NCBI GenBank assembly: GCA_964518165.1
Contig: CAZFFN010000040.1
Span: forward strand, 14,329-78,328
Length of the DNA stretch: 64,000 bases
From: an uncultured Thermoplasmatales archaeon
Lineage (GTDB): Archaea; Thermoplasmatota; E2; DHVEG-1
Reading direction: 5' to 3'
The notes under the pieces are model-generated. The model was not told the origin of the DNA. It made no database searches and saw only the letters and a list, made by a program, of their open reading frames with translations. Positions within the stretch are counted from its first letter, which is position 1, and each line of letters opens with the position of its first letter. Shown here one piece after another: positions 18,302 through 27,529 of this stretch. A program made the translations under genes and the position numbers.

Positions 18302-20197
18302 GTGTTGATGCAACAAAATGAAGGAATAGTCGGATATATTTACGGAGATGTTGGTTCAACTGAGTTTAACTTTGCAGTGAACGGACAAAATATTAGAAAA
18401 TTTGATTACATTTATGCACCTCATAAAGAAGGAGCAATGCTTGCCCAAGTAATGGATATTAAGCAGCATTCAGATCTAAAATTTGAGGATGCAACATCTA
18501 TTATGAAAGGTGAAGAGATACCTAATTTTAAAACAAAAGTATCTGCTTTTGCTGATGTTATTGGTTTTCGTGATAAAAAAGGACTTATTCAGTCTCCACG
18601 TACACCTTTTGATTCAGGTTCAGCAATTAAACTAGCTGATGAAAAACTGATAAGAAAAGTTCTAGGTCTAAATGCATCAGAACAAAACGGTGCATATATC
18701 GGCCTGCTTAAAGGTCATGATCTCCCTGTTTACCTAAATATTGATGCTTTGGTTCAAAAACATATCTGTATCTTAGCTAAAACAGGCGGCGGTAAAAGCT
18801 ATGCATGTGGAGTTTTAATGGAAGAACTTTTAAAAAAGAAGGTCCCAATGGTTATAATTGATACCCATGGCGAATATCACTCACTTTCTGAAGGAAATAG
18901 AAGTCGTAAAGATAAAAAAAATATGGAACGGTTTGGTGTTAAAAAATCGGATTATAAGAGTCAAATAAATGAATTTTCACCAATTGGATCAAAAGGAAAT
19001 ATCAACCATTTAAGCTTAAATGGAGTAAATCTTGAGGCAAGAGAAATTATGGATCTGCTTGGTTCAAAACTATCTGGACCTCAATCTGGAGTTTTATATC
19101 AAGCAATAAAAGAAGTAAAAGAATACAAATCATACTATACCTTAAGAGATATAATTGATGCAGTCCAAAGATCAAAAAGTAATGCTCGTTGGAATGTAAT
19201 TGCTGCCCTTGAGTCATTAGACTCAATAGGTGTTTTTTCAGAGAATGGAACACCCACCGATGAAATTGTAAAAAAAGGAAAATGTACGCTGCTTAATATG
19301 AAAGGTGTTGCACCTGATATCCAGGATGTAGTTGTGGCAAGGCTTACTAAAGAACTATTTGATGCAAGAAAAGCAGGTAAGGTACCACCGTTTTTACTTG
19401 TAGTTGAAGAAGCCCATAATTATTGTCCAGAAAGAGGCGTAGGTAAATCCATTTCGTCAGGAATTCTTAGAACAATTGCATCAGAGGGACGTAAATTTGG
19501 TATGGGTCTATGTGTTGTATCTCAAAGACCTGCTAAAGTAGATAAAAATATTATCAGCCAGTGTAACACAAATTTTATTTTAAAGGTTACAAATCCAAAT
19601 GACTTGAAAGCAATTATTCAATCAGTAGAGGGTCTAACGAGTCAGACATATAGAGAGATACAAAGACTACCTATTGGTATAGCACTTATCTCTGGTGCTG
19701 GCTTGCAGCAGCCTGTAATGACTGAAGTAAGAACACGTGAAACAAACCACGGCGGTAGAAGTGTTACTATTTCCAAAGGCGTTAAATCAAGTCCGCCTAG
19801 AATTCCAAAGGAACCGCAAAAACCTAAACCTTCCGTAAAACCACCTGAACCATCGATTCAACCACCATCACCATCTCATATGAACTCAGAACCAGATGAA
19901 AAACAATCAAAACCAAAAGAAGATAAGGCCACAGAGAAAGCAAAGAATGTGTCTAGAGTTGCTAATAGACTCGGATGGGTTGATGAAGACGATCCAGATA
20001 AAGCGATAAAGACCCTTACCAAAGAGGCAGAAAAAATGAATGAAAATGTATTCAAATACTTAGAGTCACTTGCAAAACTAGGTAGAAACTTTTGCTCTGT
20101 TGAAAACCCTAAGTGTATGAACTGTCCGATGAACAAGGGATGTCAGTACAGAGCAAAACTCGCGGGAAATAAAAAGAAAGGATTATTTAGAAGATAA
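18302..20197 (+). CDS. HerA/DUF87-like ATPase with a Pro-rich linker and a C-terminal EndoIII-type [4Fe-4S] cluster loop
   Basis: N-terminal barrel-like region and Walker A (AKTGGGKSY). The C-terminus has C-x6-C-x2-C-x5-C (CSVENPKCMNCPMNKGC) preceded by an LAKLGRNF context, as at the end of Nth/MutY. Confidence 0.65.
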   Translation: MLMQQNEGIVGYIYGDVGSTEFNFAVNGQNIRKFDYIYAPHKEGAMLAQVMDIKQHSDLKFEDATSIMKGEEIPNFKTKVSAFADVIGFRDKKGLIQSPRTPFDSGSAIKLADEKLIRKVLGLNASEQNGAYIGLLKGHDLPVYLNIDALVQKHICILAKTGGGKSYACGVLMEELLKKKVPMVIIDTHGEYHSLSEGNRSRKDKKNMERFGVKKSDYKSQINEFSPIGSKGNINHLSLNGVNLEAREIMDLLGSKLSGPQSGVLYQAIKEVKEYKSYYTLRDIIDAVQRSKSNARWNVIAALESLDSIGVFSENGTPTDEIVKKGKCTLLNMKGVAPDIQDVVVARLTKELFDARKAGKVPPFLLVVEEAHNYCPERGVGKSISSGILRTIASEGRKFGMGLCVVSQRPAKVDKNIISQCNTNFILKVTNPNDLKAIIQSVEGLTSQTYREIQRLPIGIALISGAGLQQPVMTEVRTRETNHGGRSVTISKGVKSSPPRIPKEPQKPKPSVKPPEPSIQPPSPSHMNSEPDEKQSKPKEDKATEKAKNVSRVANRLGWVDEDDPDKAIKTLTKEAEKMNENVFKYLESLAKLGRNFCSVENPKCMNCPMNKGCQYRAKLAGNKKKGLFRR

Positions 20198-20211
20198 ATA
20201 ATGTTTTTAAG

Positions 20212-21312
20212 ATGAATTACAAAAAAATAATCCCAATTATATTTATTCTTTTATGTTTGATATTAAGTGGATGCCTTGAATTTTTTGAAAATAATGATAC
20301 TACAGGATACCCAGAGCAAGCAACTAAGATTACTTATCAGATTTCATATGGTTATGAAATTAACTGCACTGGAGATGGAGCATATAAGATAAAATATGAT
20401 TGTGATAAACCAGAGCTAATTAATGGAGAAGTTTTATCACTTAAAGTATTAGGAAATAACTACTCAAATAAAACAGGTGTTGCAACCTTTAATAACATGG
20501 CAAGCTGGAATATAAGTGAAAACAAAAATTGTTCATATTACAAGCTTGGAATATCTGCATCTGTTACTTCAGAATCACTTATTGTAAATGACTTGAATGG
20601 TAAAAATGCATTAGATCTATCTGAAATAAAAAACAATTATTCTGAATTAGTTGAAACTTATTGTAGACCTCAAGGAAATAACGATACCATCTTTATTGAT
20701 CCAAATAATCAAATCATTAAGGCTAAATCACTTGAAATATATAACAATTCTAATACAGATAATTCCTTTATTATTGCTAAAAATCTTTTCATCTGGCTTA
20801 AAGAAAATACAAATTATCTTCCACACGAAACAAATACAGCAGCTCAACCAGCAAGTATTACAATGGATAAAAAAACAGGCGACTGTGATGATCTGACTTT
20901 TCTTTATCTATCAATGTGTAAATCACTTGACATTCCATCTAGGTTTATAAGAGGTTTTCTAGTATATGAAAATCAGGCAGTACCTCATGCCTGGGCTGAA
21001 GTATATGTTGGTGGAAATATTGGTAAAGATGGATGGATTCCAGTGGAATGTGCAGGTGATACATCAAATAACAAAAAAAGTGATGTACAAGTCCACCAAC
21101 ATTTTGGATTGGAATCAGCGGATCACTTAAGACTTTTTACTGATGATGGAACAAACACCTCCCTTGAAACATCTTTAGCTGGAATTTCTCTTATGTCAGA
21201 TCAAAATATTGAGTTTGACAGCACAGATTTTTTTACAGATATTAATAAGTATAAAACTCTTGAAGAAAATAAGCTTGTAATTGACAAAAGTAATTATCGA
21301 TCTTTTGAATAA
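20212..21312 (+). CDS. Transglutaminase-like (Cys-His-Asp) domain lipoprotein
   Basis: Lipobox-like LSGC after a signal peptide. GDCDDLTF ... HAWAEVYV ... core. Confidence 0.6.
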   Translation: MNYKKIIPIIFILLCLILSGCLEFFENNDTTGYPEQATKITYQISYGYEINCTGDGAYKIKYDCDKPELINGEVLSLKVLGNNYSNKTGVATFNNMASWNISENKNCSYYKLGISASVTSESLIVNDLNGKNALDLSEIKNNYSELVETYCRPQGNNDTIFIDPNNQIIKAKSLEIYNNSNTDNSFIIAKNLFIWLKENTNYLPHETNTAAQPASITMDKKTGDCDDLTFLYLSMCKSLDIPSRFIRGFLVYENQAVPHAWAEVYVGGNIGKDGWIPVECAGDTSNNKKSDVQVHQHFGLESADHLRLFTDDGTNTSLETSLAGISLMSDQNIEFDSTDFFTDINKYKTLEENKLVIDKSNYRSFE

Positions 21313-21515
21313 AGGTATTTTTTAAAATAGCAGATCCTCACTATGGGAAATCAGATAAAAAAACTCTGTCAAATACATAAAAGATTTTGAGTTTAAAAAT
21401 AAAAATTTAGATACGAGCATCTAGAAAAAAATTAACGATTAAAAATGAGCTTAATAAAAGAATCAAAAAATAATTAAATAAATATATTATACAACCTTAC
21501 GAGGTTGAAAAAGGG

Positions 21516-21890
21516 ATGGTAAAAAAAATAATGATAGTAGATGATGATCCTGGTGTGATTTATACTGTAAAACATGGTATCGAAAACATGGATTCAGATT
21601 ATAAGATTACAACAGTAAACTCTGGGAAAAAATGTTTAGAACTCCTTAAAAATAAAGAACTACCTGATTTACTCTTACTTGACATCATGATGCCAGGGAT
21701 GAGCGGATGGGAAACTTATCAACAAATAAGAGAGAAAATCCCTAGTAATAAACTTCCAATTGTGTTTCTAACAGCCCGAACCGATAGAATCGCAAAGAAC
21801 GCTGGTGACTTTTTAGGTGATGATTATATTGAAAAACCGTTTAAAGTTCCAGAGTTGAAACACAGGATTGATAAAATTCTAAATAAATAA
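21516..21890 (+). CDS. Orphan CheY-like response regulator receiver protein
   Basis: MIVDDDPG ... LLLDIMMPGMSGWE ... K in the receiver-domain pattern. No kinase in the window. Confidence 0.75.
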   Translation: MVKKIMIVDDDPGVIYTVKHGIENMDSDYKITTVNSGKKCLELLKNKELPDLLLLDIMMPGMSGWETYQQIREKIPSNKLPIVFLTARTDRIAKNAGDFLGDDYIEKPFKVPELKHRIDKILNK

Positions 21891-22138
21891 AAAAAAGTTT
21901 TTCTTTTTCTCCATCAATTTAGACGAAACTAGCTTTTGATCGAAACAGAAATAAAAAATGTCATAAATTCTAGAATCTTTCTTTTTCATAAAAGATTGCA
22001 TTAATAGCATTTATCAAAATCTTGATAGTAAATGAGATCTTAAGCTATATGACATTGTGAAAAAGTAATGCTGTACAAAAATTTCAAAAGTAAAAGGCAA
22101 ATAATCAAAAATTTACAACTAACTATTGAACATAAGGA

Positions 22139-22156
22139 TTTAAATATTAAAAGTAC
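22139..22156 (+). promoter_or_regulatory. TATA-like element upstream of the S12-S7-EF2 cluster
   Basis: tttaaatattaaaag ~40 nt upstream of the TTG start; a GGTGA SD lies at 22181-22185. Confidence 0.25.
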
Positions 22157-22194
22157 ATACTGCCTTACTCCTATATCATAACAGGTGAATAAAA

Positions 22195-22626
22195 TTGGGC
22201 AAAGGAATTAATGCAGCTAGAAAACTAAAAAATGCAAGAAAAAAACAACTATGGAACGATAGACACTACAAAAAACGTGTACTACATTTAAAAGAAAAAG
22301 CAGATCCATTAGAAGGTACAGCGCAAGCTAGAGGCATAGTTATTGAAAAAGTAGGAATTGAAGCAAAGCAGCCTAATTCAGCTATTAGAAAATGTGTAAA
22401 AGTTCAGTTAATAAAAAATGGAAGACAGATAACAGCTTTTGCCCCAGGTAATAACGCTATTAGTTTTATCGATGAGCATGACGAAGTCATGGTCGAAGGA
22501 ATAGGCGGACGTATGGGTAGATCATATGGAGATATTCCAGGTGTTCGTTTTAAAGTAATTAAAGTAAATGATATATCATTAGAACAAATGATCAAAGGTA
22601 AAGTAGAAAAAGCAATGAGAAGATAA
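22195..22626 (+). CDS. rps12: Ribosomal protein uS12 (TTG start)
   Basis: [10 protein letters not shown]... is a conserved archaeal S12 sequence. Confidence 0.9.
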   Translation: MGKGINAARKLKNARKKQLWNDRHYKKRVLHLKEKADPLEGTAQARGIVIEKVGIEAKQPNSAIRKCVKVQLIKNGRQITAFAPGNNAISFIDEHDEVMVEGIGGRMGRSYGDIPGVRFKVIKVNDISLEQMIKGKVEKAMRR

Positions 22627-22627
22627 T

Positions 22628-23218
22628 ATGGCAGAAAAAAAAATCTCTAATGCAAATAATTTTTTTCCTGTGCTGGAAAAATACGAAGGAAGCGAACTAA
22701 AAGTAGAAGACAGAGGTCTAGAAAAATACATGAATCTAGATACAGAAAACATATACCTTGGCGGAAAATTTGCAAATAAAATGTTTGCAAAATCAAAAGT
22801 CCCAATCGTTGAGCGTTTAATCAACAACATCATGAGAACACAAAAATACAATGGTAAAAAAATCAAATCCTACAAAGTTGTAAGGGATGCATTTGAAATA
22901 ATTGATAAAAAAACAAAGACTAATCCTATGCAGGTTTTAATTAACGCATTACAGAATGCTGCTCCAAAAGAAGAAACAACAAGACTTCGTTTTGGCGGAA
23001 TTTCAGTTCCTAAAGCAGTAGATGTAGCACCACAAAGACGCCTTGATATTGCAATTAGAAATATTGCAACAGGCGCTGTTAATGCTACAAAGAAAAACAA
23101 GAAACGTATGGAACAATGCCTTGCTGATGAATTAATCAAAGCAAGTAAAAATGATGTAGAATCTTACTCTGTTGGTAAGAAAAACGACATTGAACGTGTC
23201 GCTAAATCAGCACGTTAA
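22628..23218 (+). CDS. rps7: Ribosomal protein uS7
   Basis: Conserved S7 sequence and gene order S12-S7-EF2. Confidence 0.9.
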   Translation: MAEKKISNANNFFPVLEKYEGSELKVEDRGLEKYMNLDTENIYLGGKFANKMFAKSKVPIVERLINNIMRTQKYNGKKIKSYKVVRDAFEIIDKKTKTNPMQVLINALQNAAPKEETTRLRFGGISVPKAVDVAPQRRLDIAIRNIATGAVNATKKNKKRMEQCLADELIKASKNDVESYSVGKKNDIERVAKSAR

Positions 23219-23276
23219 ATTCTTAAAAAAATTTATAAAAAAATTATATGTAAAACAATTTCAAAGGAGTGTATAA

Positions 23277-26200
23277 ATGGGCCGAAAAGAAGACAATATT
23301 GCAAAGGCAAAAAATTTAATGAACAAGTTAACTAGAATTAGAAATATTGGAGTTGCCGCTCATATAGATCATGGTAAATGTGTCTCAGGCGAATCACTTA
23401 TATCTTTATCAAATGGTGAAAACATAAAGGCAGAAGATTTATTTGAAAGATACAAAAACCAAGGGCAGATTATTAAGGATAAAAAAGATGAAAAAGTAAT
23501 AAAAGTAAAAGATATTCCAGTTACTAGTTTTTGCAAAAAAAACAAAAAAATTACAAACGGCAAAATCACCCACATATGGAAACTTAGAAAAACAGATCCA
23601 TTAGTAAAAATAGAAGTTGAAAATGGAAGATACATTAAAACTACTCCAGAGCATAAATTTCTAGTATTAAATCTAAAAAATGGAGAGATAATAGAAAAAA
23701 GAGCCGAAGAGATAAAAAATAAAGATACAATAATCTCTGCAAGAAAACTTAACCATAAAGGTTTTACAGCAGATCAATTAAAAGAAGAAATAATCAAAAA
23801 ATTAGCTGAAGATGAAAACTTTTACACTCTTCTATCAAAAGAATTAAAAGAAAAGCTTCATCAAAAAATCCGAAGTATAGGAATAAAAGAGATTTATAAT
23901 GATCTTAACACCTCTGTTAAAGAAAAATCTTTTTACCATATGGTTTGGAGAGGAGAATATCGGATAAATATCCTAAATTATTTATGTATGAAATTTAGCC
24001 TTGATTTTTCAGAGGTCTATAATAATTTAGAATGGGTAAACTACAGAGGAATAAAATCTAAGGGAAGTAAATCCTCCTTAAAACTAAAACCCCCAAAAGA
24101 TTTCAATGAATTTTACTATTTAACAGGTCTTTTCTTTGGAGATGGAGACATATATGGAAATATCACCAACAATCACTCTTATATCCAAAATAAAATAAAA
24201 AAAATTGGAAAAAAACTTGGACTTAAATGTACAGTTAGATCCTTTGATACAAGGGCAACAAGAATTGAAATTGGAGGGATTACACTTAAAAAGTTTTTAC
24301 AAAAAGTATTTGATTATCCTATAAAGCAAAAATCAAGTAATATAAGAATCAATAGTTTCTTGGAAAGATCACCAAAAGAATATATTGCATCATTTATTAG
24401 AGGATACCTAGATGCAGATGGATGCGTTGAAAAAAATAGATCCGCTGTTTCTGCATGTTCAGTTAGTACTCATTTTATGAGTAAACTACAGTTATTATTG
24501 TACAAATTTGATATAGGATCTATTTACAACAGGAAAAAAAATACTTTATATATCTCAGGCAAAAGTTCTCTTGAATATTTTAAGGAAATTGGTTTTGGGA
24601 TACCTGAAAAACAAAAAAAGTATTTGGAATTAATGAAAAAAAGTTCTATTTCTAAAATAGACTATATCCCATTAGAGGGAAAAATACTAAAAAATATTAG
24701 AGAGAAGTCAAAACTTTCTGCAAATGAGATTTTTAAATCTTATAGAAACTATGAAGAAGGAATAATTGGTCTTTCGAAAAAATCCTTAGGGAAAATACTT
24801 GATAGATTCTCTGAATTAAATGTGGAAAAACATCATTTATTAAACCTTCAAGCACTTGTACACAATGATTCATCATTTTTTAAAGTATCATCAGTTAAAA
24901 CTTCTAACAGAGAGGAATTTGTATATGATTTTACAGTTCAAAAATATCATAACTTTGTGGCAAATGGCCTAATTATTCATAACACCACTTTTTCAGATAA
25001 CCTTCTAGCTGGCTGTGGGATGATGAGTGAGGATCTAGCCGGTAAGCAGCTAGTTCTTGACTATGAAGGTCAAGAACAAGATAGAGGTATAACAATAAAC
25101 ACAGCATCTGCATCAATGGTTCATGAATTTGAAAATAATGAGTATTTGATTAATTTACTTGATACACCGGGTCACGTTGATTTTGGTGGGGACGTTACCC
25201 GTGCTATGCGTGCTGTTGATGGTTGTGTTGTTGTAGTATGCGCTGTTGAAGGCGCTATGCCTCAGACTGAAACAGTTATAAGACAAGCTATGCGTGAAAA
25301 GGTTAAACCAGTTCTTTTTATAAATAAGGTTGACAGGTTGATCAATGAACTAAAGGTTACACCTGAAGAAATGCAGCAAAAATTTGCAAAGATAATTACA
25401 AAATATAATCAACTTTTAAATAAGGTCCTTCCTGAAGAATTCAAAGGCGAATGGAACGCTAAACCAGAAGAGGGAACTGTAGCATTTGGTTCAGCTTATT
25501 ATAACTGGGCAATATCAGTTCCATACATGAAAGAAACTGGAATTTCTTTCAAAGAAATTTATGAACACTGCCAGGAAAACAAACAAAAGGAACTAGCAAA
25601 AAAAGCTCCTATTCACCAAGTAGTTCTAGATATGGTTATTGATCACTTGCCAAGTCCAGATGTAGCACAGAAATACAGAATCCCTCATATTTGGAGAGGT
25701 GACAACCAAACTGAACTTGGTAAAAGCATGATCGAGTGTAAAGAAAAGGGTCCTTTAGCATTAATGGTTACAAAAATTATTCTTGATCCACACGCCGGCG
25801 AGTTAGCAATAGGCAGAATGTACTCCGGTAAAATTGAGCGCGGTCAAGAAGTATATGTCGTTGGCATGCCTAATAAAAACCGTGTTCAACAAGTAAATGT
25901 CATGGTTGCAATTGATAAGATACCTGTTGATTTTGTTTCAGCAGGAAACATTGTTGCTGTAACAGGTATTAAAGATGCAATAGCCGGAAGCACTGTTACT
26001 GATGACCCTGACGCTGAACCCTTCGAAAGAATCGTTCATGTATCTGAACCTGTTGTAACAGTTGCAGTTGAAGCAAAAAACACAAAAGACTTACCAAAAC
26101 TTATTGAAGTTTTAAGAAGTGTTTCTAAAGCTGATCCTTCTATTCAAGTAAACATAAACCAGGAAACAGGGGAAAACCTGATGAGTGGTATGGGTGAACT

Positions 26201-27080
26201 TCACTTGGAAATTACTGAATATAGAATTAAAAATGACTATGGTCTTGATATTATTACATCTGAGCCAATTGTTGTATATCGTGAGTCAATTGGTAAAGAA
26301 AGCGGACAAAAATTCGAAGGTAAATCACCAAATAAACACAATCGTTTCTATATAGAAGTCGAACCCCTTCCAGAAAAAATAATAACCGCTATCAAAAATA
26401 ATGACATACCTGAAAATGTTAAAAAACATAAAAACGAAGTTGCAAAACAACTTCAGGAACTAGGGTTTAGTAAAGAAGAAGCAAAAGGTGTTTTTGCAGT
26501 ACAAGGCCAAAACATGATTGCTGATGTAACAAAAGGTATACAGTACTTGCATGAAACTAGAGAACTAATTAAAGAAGCATTCGAAGAAGTCATGAAAAGT
26601 GGTCCAATTGCTGATGAACCATGTCAAGGTATTTTTGTTAAATTAGTTGATGCAAAACTTCACGAAGATGCAATTCACAGAGGCCCTGCACAAGTAATTC
26701 CAGCTGCCCGAAACGCTATATATGGCGCAATTATGATTTCTGAACCAATTCTACTTGAACCAATGCAGAAAGTATTCATTAGTACCCCACAGGAACTAAT
26801 GGGCGATGCAAGTAGAGAGCTTAACCAGAGAAGAGCTGAAGTAAAGGATATGGTTACAGAAAAAGATAGTATAAACATTGATTCAAAAGCACCAGTTTCT
26901 GAGATGTTTGGTTTTGCATCATCAATTCGCAGTGCTACTGGCGGAAGAGTTCTTTGGAACACTGAAAACTTAGGGTTTGAGCCAATGCCTAAAAACCTAC
27001 AAAAAGATGTTATCGCCCAAATAAGAGAAAGAAAAGGCTTAAAACCTGAACCAAACCCACCAAGTTACTATTTGGAATAA
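23277..27080 (+). CDS. fusA: Elongation factor 2 (aEF-2) precursor containing a 535-aa intein
   Basis: Exteins AHIDHGK | TTFSDNLLAG ... match the EF-2 G-domain. Domains II-V follow. Confidence 0.9.
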   Translation: MGRKEDNIAKAKNLMNKLTRIRNIGVAAHIDHGKCVSGESLISLSNGENIKAEDLFERYKNQGQIIKDKKDEKVIKVKDIPVTSFCKKNKKITNGKITHIWKLRKTDPLVKIEVENGRYIKTTPEHKFLVLNLKNGEIIEKRAEEIKNKDTIISARKLNHKGFTADQLKEEIIKKLAEDENFYTLLSKELKEKLHQKIRSIGIKEIYNDLNTSVKEKSFYHMVWRGEYRINILNYLCMKFSLDFSEVYNNLEWVNYRGIKSKGSKSSLKLKPPKDFNEFYYLTGLFFGDGDIYGNITNNHSYIQNKIKKIGKKLGLKCTVRSFDTRATRIEIGGITLKKFLQKVFDYPIKQKSSNIRINSFLERSPKEYIASFIRGYLDADGCVEKNRSAVSACSVSTHFMSKLQLLLYKFDIGSIYNRKKNTLYISGKSSLEYFKEIGFGIPEKQKKYLELMKKSSISKIDYIPLEGKILKNIREKSKLSANEIFKSYRNYEEGIIGLSKKSLGKILDRFSELNVEKHHLLNLQALVHNDSSFFKVSSVKTSNREEFVYDFTVQKYHNFVANGLIIHNTTFSDNLLAGCGMMSEDLAGKQLVLDYEGQEQDRGITINTASASMVHEFENNEYLINLLDTPGHVDFGGDVTRAMRAVDGCVVVVCAVEGAMPQTETVIRQAMREKVKPVLFINKVDRLINELKVTPEEMQQKFAKIITKYNQLLNKVLPEEFKGEWNAKPEEGTVAFGSAYYNWAISVPYMKETGISFKEIYEHCQENKQKELAKKAPIHQVVLDMVIDHLPSPDVAQKYRIPHIWRGDNQTELGKSMIECKEKGPLALMVTKIILDPHAGELAIGRMYSGKIERGQEVYVVGMPNKNRVQQVNVMVAIDKIPVDFVSAGNIVAVTGIKDAIAGSTVTDDPDAEPFERIVHVSEPVVTVAVEAKNTKDLPKLIEVLRSVSKADPSIQVNINQETGENLMSGMGELHLEITEYRIKNDYGLDIITSEPIVVYRESIGKESGQKFEGKSPNKHNRFYIEVEPLPEKIITAIKNNDIPENVKKHKNEVAKQLQELGFSKEEAKGVFAVQGQNMIADVTKGIQYLHETRELIKEAFEEVMKSGPIADEPCQGIFVKLVDAKLHEDAIHRGPAQVIPAARNAIYGAIMISEPILLEPMQKVFISTPQELMGDASRELNQRRAEVKDMVTEKDSINIDSKAPVSEMFGFASSIRSATGGRVLWNTENLGFEPMPKNLQKDVIAQIRERKGLKPEPNPPSYYLE
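23379..24983 (+). mobile_element. Intein (535 aa) with a LAGLIDADG homing endonuclease, inserted in the EF-2 P-loop between GK and TT
   Basis: Starts with Cys, ends with His-Asn, +1 Thr. LAGLIDADG motifs LTGLFFGDGD and IRGYLDADGC. Confidence 0.8.
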
Positions 27081-27100
27081 AAAAAACTATTCCAAAAATC

Positions 27101-27113
27101 TTTTTTTTATTTT
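27101..27113 (+). terminator. Oligo-T tract downstream of EF-2
   Basis: T8 plus further Ts immediately after the stop. Confidence 0.3.
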
Positions 27114-27174
27114 ATTCCAAAAATTAAAAAATATTATATCCGAGATTATTTATTACAAAAAATGAGGGTGCACA

Positions 27175-27525
27175 ATGGATAAAGGAACAATTCCAATAAA
27201 TAAAAACTATCTTCTAGAATACAGATACTATGATAGAGACTCAAATTTTAAATATTTCAACAGAAAATTTGAGATTTTTGTCCTAGAAAAAAAGACTCTT
27301 AAGAAAAACTATGTAATGCATATGGATAATGCAGATACTAGACAGATGATGCCGAGAATATACAAACCAGATAGGCAGAACAAGAGAAACAATTTTGGTG
27401 TGACAACTCTTAACTGGAACGATATAAGAACAAAGTTTACAGATCATATAATTGATGAAATAGGAAAAAAATCAGAAAATAATATTAAAAAAGCAGTAGG
27501 TAAACTAAATTCACCTAAACTATAA
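27175..27525 (+). CDS. Hypothetical protein
   Basis: ORF only. Confidence 0.3.
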   Translation: MDKGTIPINKNYLLEYRYYDRDSNFKYFNRKFEIFVLEKKTLKKNYVMHMDNADTRQMMPRIYKPDRQNKRNNFGVTTLNWNDIRTKFTDHIIDEIGKKSENNIKKAVGKLNSPKL

Positions 27526-27529
27526 TTTC

